This document shows positions 25,865-30,161 of a DNA stretch of 30,161 nucleotides, piece by piece (position 1 is the first letter of the stretch; every line of letters begins with the position of its first letter). Under the pieces are notes generated by a model, which saw only the letters and a program-made list of their open reading frames with translations, did no database searches and had not been told where the DNA came from. This DNA comes from a bacterium (GTDB lineage Bacteria > Patescibacteriota > Minisyncoccia > Phycocordibacterales > UBA1550), in NCBI GenBank assembly GCA_021812665.1, contig JAKAMX010000001.1, positions 1-30,161 on the forward strand, read 5' to 3'. Made by a program: the position numbers and the translations under genes.

Positions 25865-27463
25865 ATGAACAAAGCACTTATCTACTGCCGAGTATCCACC
25901 GAGGAACAAGCAACCTCAGACCGACATTCGCTTAAGACACAATTAAACCTCTGTGAAAAAGCCGTCGAGGATGGTGGTTTCAAGTTGGCCGAAAACGGAG
26001 TCTACCAAGACCCGGGACGAAGTGCTACAAACATGAACCGACCAGGACTGCAGGACATGATGGTCCGTGTTTCGGAGGATAAAGACATCACGGCTGTCTT
26101 CGTGCAGGATTCAGATCGACTAACGCGAAATGTAAGCGATCACCTAACCATCAAAGCGTTCTTGAAAAAGCATGGGGCACAACTTGTCTCGGTTTCTCAA
26201 TCGGGCATCGAGGACACCCCTGAAGGAAACTTCATGGACCTCATCATCGCCGGAGTCGGGCAATTTCAATCGCAAATCACGGGACGCAAAACGATCAAGA
26301 GTATGGAGCAAAAGTTCAAAGATGGTGGGTGGCCCACCCATGCCCCTATTGGCTACCTAAATGTTGGCGACAAAGAAAACAACGAAGAGAGAATCGTCGT
26401 CATTGATGAAACGCGAGCACCGCTCATCAAAGAAGCATTCAAAATGTATGCGACTGGAAACTATTCAATCATTGAGGTGCGTGATGCACTATATAGCAAA
26501 GGATTTACTGCGCGCGGAGGTAAACTATTACAGCACAGCAAAATGGTCGATATGCTAAAAAACCATTTTTACTATGGAGAAATGCGGTGGCGCAAAATGT
26601 CGAATACAGGCAAACACACACCGATCATCGACAAGGAAACTTTCGACAGGTGCCAACTAGTTATGGCAAATAATCAAGGCGGGCGATGTCGCAGAAGAAA
26701 GTTTAACTTCATTCTTCGTGGGTATGTATGGTGCGGGCGTTGTGGATACCGCTACACCGCCGAACACCACCCAAAGAAAAACAAGAGTTACTATCACTGC
26801 AACCACTACGGCAACAAGATTCCGAATAGCACCATCACCTGCGCCGATCGCTATGTGGAAGTTGATGACTTGGAGAAGCAAGTTCGAGACCACTTTGACG
26901 AGATCCAATTTTCAGAAGCATTCATAAAGAAAATCGAAGGTAGGCTTCGCTTTATATATGAATCAAAAAAGAATGCAGTTACTGGAACAAAGAGTCGCCT
27001 TGTTCAACAAAAGCTAACGCTCGAAAAGAAACTTGAGGCCGCAGAGGAAAAACTTATCGATGGTGTCCTCGATGACGATGGGTTCGACCGCGCAAAAAAG
27101 CGCTACCGAGAGCAGATCGAAAACCTTGAGGAACAGATCAACAAACTCGACCGAACGAAAAACATAAAAGTGGACGTCATCCAAAAAGTTCTTCTGATGG
27201 TTCGAGATATCGGGCAAGCATACGAAAAAGCAGACCCTGAACTCAAGCGCCTTTACCTTGGACTTTTCTGGGAAAGATTCGAAGCAGAAAACCGACAGAT
27301 TACTATAGCTACTAAATCCCCCATCATAACAGCGCTAGAGGCCGCAGGAAGCGTCTCGTATCAAGAATTGACCAATGTACCAAGCGCAGAAAATACCACT
27401 CTTGGAAATGAAGTTATATTAAACTCCTTTAGGGGTGCCTACAGGGATTCGAACCCTGGCTGA
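25865..27463 (+). CDS. Large serine recombinase (integrase)
   Basis: Catalytic 'YCRVSTEEQ', 'RPGL', 'DRLTR', 'P.GY', recombinase domain, Zn ribbon 'CGRCG...YYHC...C', coiled coil; last 10 codons antisense to tRNA-His. Confidence 0.95.
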   Translation: MNKALIYCRVSTEEQATSDRHSLKTQLNLCEKAVEDGGFKLAENGVYQDPGRSATNMNRPGLQDMMVRVSEDKDITAVFVQDSDRLTRNVSDHLTIKAFLKKHGAQLVSVSQSGIEDTPEGNFMDLIIAGVGQFQSQITGRKTIKSMEQKFKDGGWPTHAPIGYLNVGDKENNEERIVVIDETRAPLIKEAFKMYATGNYSIIEVRDALYSKGFTARGGKLLQHSKMVDMLKNHFYYGEMRWRKMSNTGKHTPIIDKETFDRCQLVMANNQGGRCRRRKFNFILRGYVWCGRCGYRYTAEHHPKKNKSYYHCNHYGNKIPNSTITCADRYVEVDDLEKQVRDHFDEIQFSEAFIKKIEGRLRFIYESKKNAVTGTKSRLVQQKLTLEKKLEAAEEKLIDGVLDDDGFDRAKKRYREQIENLEEQINKLDRTKNIKVDVIQKVLLMVRDIGQAYEKADPELKRLYLGLFWERFEAENRQITIATKSPIITALEAAGSVSYQELTNVPSAENTTLGNEVILNSFRGAYRDSNPG

Positions 27464-27506
27464 GAGTTCCACAAACTCTAGTGCTAACCATTACACTATA
27501 GGCACC
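27434..27506 (-). tRNA. tRNA-His(GUG) with encoded G-1; no encoded CCA
   Basis: Acceptor GTGCCTA/TAGGCAC plus G-1:C73, anticodon arm AGAGT-TTGTGGA-ACTCT, T-arm CAGGG-TTCGAAT-CCCTG; followed by CCT. Confidence 0.96.
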
Positions 27507-27524
27507 ATACTAGAATGCCCGCCC

Positions 27525-27553
27525 AATATAACAGAAAGAATGTTGATTGACAA
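27525..27553 (-). promoter_or_regulatory. Sigma70-type promoter of tRNA-His
   Basis: TTGTCA-17 nt-TATATT with an extended -10 TG. Confidence 0.65.
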
Positions 27554-27595
27554 TGGTTCCCTGCCTTGCTCTGGTGTGTCCCAAAATTCGTTTCG

Positions 27596-27623
27596 TTGAC
27601 AAAAAGGGGTCACACGGTACCAT
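27596..27623 (+). promoter_or_regulatory. Sigma70-type promoter of 27658-27882
   Basis: TTGACA-16 nt-TACCAT. Confidence 0.55.
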
Positions 27624-27657
27624 TAAGAAATCAGGTAAATAATTTATACATATCGCC

Positions 27658-27882
27658 ATGAACCCATTCGAAAAAATGACACCGCTGACAGAGGAACAAA
27701 AGCAGGCAATTCGTGAGAAATTAACAAAGGGTGCACCAAAGGTTGAGACAACAGAAGACAAAGCAAAACGAAGAGCAGAGTTTGCAGCAAAGATGGCTGG
27801 CAAAAGTCAGGAAGAAATGGGAAAAATTCTTGTCCAAGAGAAATACATCCCAGGTGGCAAGGAGGATGGTCAGGCAGCGTAG
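27658..27882 (+). CDS. Small charged hypothetical protein (74 aa)
   Basis: Has its own promoter and terminator; K/E-rich helical sequence. Confidence 0.7.
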   Translation: MNPFEKMTPLTEEQKQAIREKLTKGAPKVETTEDKAKRRAEFAAKMAGKSQEEMGKILVQEKYIPGGKEDGQAA

Positions 27883-27894
27883 GTAGCACCATAA

Positions 27895-27931
27895 CAAAAA
27901 GGACCAGAAGAAATTCTTCTGGTCCTTTTTG
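27895..27931. terminator. Bidirectional terminator
   Basis: CAAAAAGGACCAGAAGA-AAT-TCTTCTGGTCCTTTTTG, 17-bp stem. Confidence 0.88.
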
Positions 27932-28139
27932 TGTGGGAGAAGAATTATCACGAGTTACTAAGTCTCGGGTACGTTAATGACGAGCAAGCTCGCTAATTAT
28001 GTGGTCACAGATAATTCCTCGCCGTCGCTCGGAATTTCCGCGACCCCGGCTCGTGGTTTTGCAAGCTTGCAAAACATCACTGCGCCTCGCACATGTACGA
28101 AAAAATCTGGAGCAGTCCAGATTTTTATCGTCATGTGCG
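27932..28139 (-). repeat. tRNA-3'-end-derived structured element, Leu-type copy
   Basis: 27942-27965 is 23/24 identical to 3280-3303; CGCGACCCCGGCTCG (28039) is similar to CGCGATCCCG(A/C)CTCG (3339, 7451); flanked by degenerate tRNA-Leu 3' ends. Confidence 0.8.
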
Positions 28140-28219
28140 CAGGAGAAGATTTGAACTTCCATGCCCTTGCGGGCGCTACCACCTCAAGGTAGTGCGTCTA
28201 CCAATTTCGCCACCTGCGC
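28136..28219 (-). tRNA. tRNA-Leu(GAG); no encoded CCA
   Basis: Acceptor GCGCAGG/CCTGCGC-A, anticodon arm CTACC-TTGAGGT-GGTAG, long variable arm GCCC-GCAA-GGGC, T-loop TTCAAAT. Confidence 0.96.
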
Positions 28220-28261
28220 ATTACTCCGAGAGCATACATTAGAACCATAGTTTTTTCAAGA

Positions 28262-28286
28262 GAAAACCCGCCAGTGGCGGGTTTTC
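28262..28286 (-). terminator. Terminator after rplS
   Basis: GAAAACCCGCC-AGT-GGCGGGTTTTC. Confidence 0.85.
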
Positions 28287-28293
28287 GTTTTTG

Positions 28294-28704
28294 TTAGGCT
28301 GTTTCCTCTTCTGGAGTTTCCTCTGCCTGCTCGGCTACGGTTACACCACCCTTGGTGTGACGCATCTTGCGGCGAACATCGCGAGTAACTTTTTCACGGA
28401 TGAAGTAAAGCTTCGAGCGACGAACTGCTGACTGCTTTACCACCTCAATCTTTTCGATCGCTGGTGAGTAGAGGGGGAAAATTTTCTCAACACCAACACC
28501 TGATGCAACCTTTCGCACAGTGAACATTGAGTTGTTTCCTTTGCCGCCTTTTACCGCAAGAACAAGACCTTCAAAAACCTGAAGACGTGTTTTGCCTTTT
28601 TCCTCAATTTTGAGAGATACCTTTACGGTTGCGCCGGCACGGATTGGCAAATTTTTGCGCTCCGCCATTGCAACTGGGCTCATTTGTATAGTTGTTGTTC
28701 CCAT
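28294..28704 (-). CDS. rplS: 50S ribosomal protein L19
   Basis: 'G.TVKV..KI.E..KTRLQVFEGLV', 'FTVRKVASGVGVEKIFP..SP', 'VRRSKLYFIR'. Confidence 0.97.
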   Translation of the reverse strand: MGTTTIQMSPVAMAERKNLPIRAGATVKVSLKIEEKGKTRLQVFEGLVLAVKGGKGNNSMFTVRKVASGVGVEKIFPLYSPAIEKIEVVKQSAVRRSKLYFIREKVTRDVRRKMRHTKGGVTVAEQAEETPEEETA

Positions 28705-28732
28705 ATTTCTTTGTTACCAAGTACTCGCCACT

Positions 28733-29473
28733 CTAGCATACGATACCGAGTTCTGCAAGCGTCGCCTGGAAATCCAGGGGCAAAGGCGCCTCAACCCTTT
28801 GGGTAGTGCCATTTTGTAGCCTGAAAACAACTGAAAAGGCATGGAGAGCCACCCTACCGAACGAGCCCACGCAAGGGAGCCTGGGGGCGTAGAGTTTATC
28901 GCAAAGGATGGGGTGGCTGATGGCTTTGAGGTGCACACGGATCTGGTGAGTTCTGCCGGTATGCGGCTCTACTTCGAGATATGACAGTTTGGTGCCTGCC
29001 ACTTCCCCTTCGCCGATGACACGATAGTCGGTAACTGCTTCGCGTAAATCGCCACGCGCGCCATATTCAGCTGATCGCTTTCGAAAATCGCTAGCAGAAC
29101 GTCCGATGGGGCGATTGATCGTTCCGTTCTTTTCTTTGAATTGTCCGTGCGCGATCGTTCGATAAGTTTTTTGAATCGTACGTGCCTGAAATTGCGCCTT
29201 GAGATTTAAAAATGACTCTTGTGTTTTTGCGATTAAAATTACTCCCGATGTTTCTTTGTCGAGTCGATGCACAATACCCCATTTTTCAATTGTCTCTCCG
29301 TTTGTAAGCGCAATGGTTTCTCCAACACCGCGCACTGCTGGATATTTTTCTAAAACCCAATCCGCGAGTGTTGGTTCTTTTGTTCTGCCGTCTGGATGCA
29401 CCACGAGGCCGGCCGGCTTGTCGACGACCAGCACTTCGGTGTCTTCATACAATATATGAATATTGTCTTTCAT
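28733..29473 (-). CDS. RluA/RluD-family RNA pseudouridine synthase
   Basis: 'VVDKPAGLVVHP', catalytic 'HRLDKETSG', 'TGRTHQIRVHL', 'ALHA'. Confidence 0.95.
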   Translation of the reverse strand: MKDNIHILYEDTEVLVVDKPAGLVVHPDGRTKEPTLADWVLEKYPAVRGVGETIALTNGETIEKWGIVHRLDKETSGVILIAKTQESFLNLKAQFQARTIQKTYRTIAHGQFKEKNGTINRPIGRSASDFRKRSAEYGARGDLREAVTDYRVIGEGEVAGTKLSYLEVEPHTGRTHQIRVHLKAISHPILCDKLYAPRLPCVGSFGRVALHAFSVVFRLQNGTTQRVEAPLPLDFQATLAELGIVC

Positions 29474-29476
29474 GAA

Positions 29477-30160
29477 TTATTTGCCCATGCGTCGCTCACG
29501 AGCATGAAAATCATCGATAATTTGCATAAATTGCTCTTGAGAAAAATCTGGCCACCATGTGTCGACAAAGAAAAGTTCGCTATACACTGTCTGCCACGGC
29601 AAAAAGTTTGAAAGCCTCTTCTCTCCTCCAGGGCGAATGACAATATCAGGGTCAGGCATGGGATGCGACCAAAGTTTCTTTGAAAATTCTTCTTCAGAAA
29701 TACTGGTGGCACCTTCGGCAAGTGCAGCGTTTACCGCAGATAAAATTTCCGCGCGTCCGCCATATGACATTGCGATATGAAGCGTGATGTCAAAACTTTT
29801 TTCAGTTGCAGTCTCGAGTCGCTCCATACCCTTTTGAATGTCTTCGGGAAATCTCGCCCGATCACCAATAAAACGTACGCGTACGCGCTCCTCGATCATT
29901 TTGTCGCTCTCGTTGTCGAGAACAGAACGCAACAATTTCATGAGATACCCTACCTCATCTTCGGTGCGCTGCCAATTTTCTGTCGAGAACGCATAAACTA
30001 CGACGTTTGGGATTTTCAAATCACGCGCCCACCCAACAGCCTCTTGCAGTTTTTTATATCCCTCTGCATGTCCTTCAAAAACGGGACGATTGTGTGCACG
30101 CGCCCAACGACGATTGCCGTCCATAATAATCCCCACACATTTTATTGTTTGTTCTGACAT
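29477..30160 (-). CDS. uppS: Polyprenyl (undecaprenyl) diphosphate synthase
   Basis: 'IIMDGNRRWA', 'YAFSTENW.R', 'SYGGRAEI', 'PDIVIR.GGEKRLSNFL.WQ..YSE'. Confidence 0.96.
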   Translation of the reverse strand: MSEQTIKCVGIIMDGNRRWARAHNRPVFEGHAEGYKKLQEAVGWARDLKIPNVVVYAFSTENWQRTEDEVGYLMKLLRSVLDNESDKMIEERVRVRFIGDRARFPEDIQKGMERLETATEKSFDITLHIAMSYGGRAEILSAVNAALAEGATSISEEEFSKKLWSHPMPDPDIVIRPGGEKRLSNFLPWQTVYSELFFVDTWWPDFSQEQFMQIIDDFHARERRMGK

Positions 30161-30161
30161 A

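Larger units (their letters stand above)
3267..27441. mobile_element. Composite genomic island integrated at the tRNA-His 3' end (tandem cassettes; one intact serine integrase)
   Basis: Direct repeat GGGTGCCTAC(T/A)GGGA at 3267, 7379 and 27433 (tRNA-His 3' end); large serine recombinase abutting the tRNA; accessory and defence-like cargo. The left boundary is approximate. Confidence 0.75.

Noticed and set aside
17670-27463. Prophage or conjugative element
   Set aside because: No capsid, terminase, tail, relaxase, T4SS or replication genes recognisable.
27974-28192. Three overlapping 61-71-aa ORFs
   Set aside because: They lie over tRNA-Leu and the structured repeat; shadow ORFs.

Overview
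Bacterial chromosomal window, most likely from a Patescibacteria/CPR (Parcubacteria-like) genome. The taxonomy is inferred from gene style and content, not established; translation is standard code 11. Housekeeping genes sit at both ends: DsbA+VKOR on the left; tRNA-His, tRNA-Leu, rplS, an RluA-family synthase and uppS on the right. Between them is a ~24 kb composite island (about 3267-27440) anchored at the 3' end of tRNA-His(GUG) by a large serine recombinase (25865-27463) whose last codons run antisense into the tRNA. Four things stand out. (1) The 'GGGTGC' crossover core recurs at 7578 and 10875 and in degenerate form at 3446; each copy is followed by an in-frame conserved peptide (G/A-AVVEEV-R/Q-K-V/I-F) that looks like the missing C-terminal tail of the recombinase, implying a tandem array of integrated cassettes with a split, tail-swapping integrase. 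(2) A ~180-210 bp structured element built from tRNA 3' ends occurs twice in His form and once in Leu form beside tRNA-Leu. (3) A self-contained two-component regulon has four TTTAC-N5/6-TTTAC-N11-TAnnnT promoters. (4) A HigBA-led operon of uncharacterised, defence-like genes and a GNRA-rich structured leader RNA lie next to the integrase. No CRISPR array, rRNA, transposase or reverse transcriptase was found. All family assignments come from motif recognition by eye; no searches were run.
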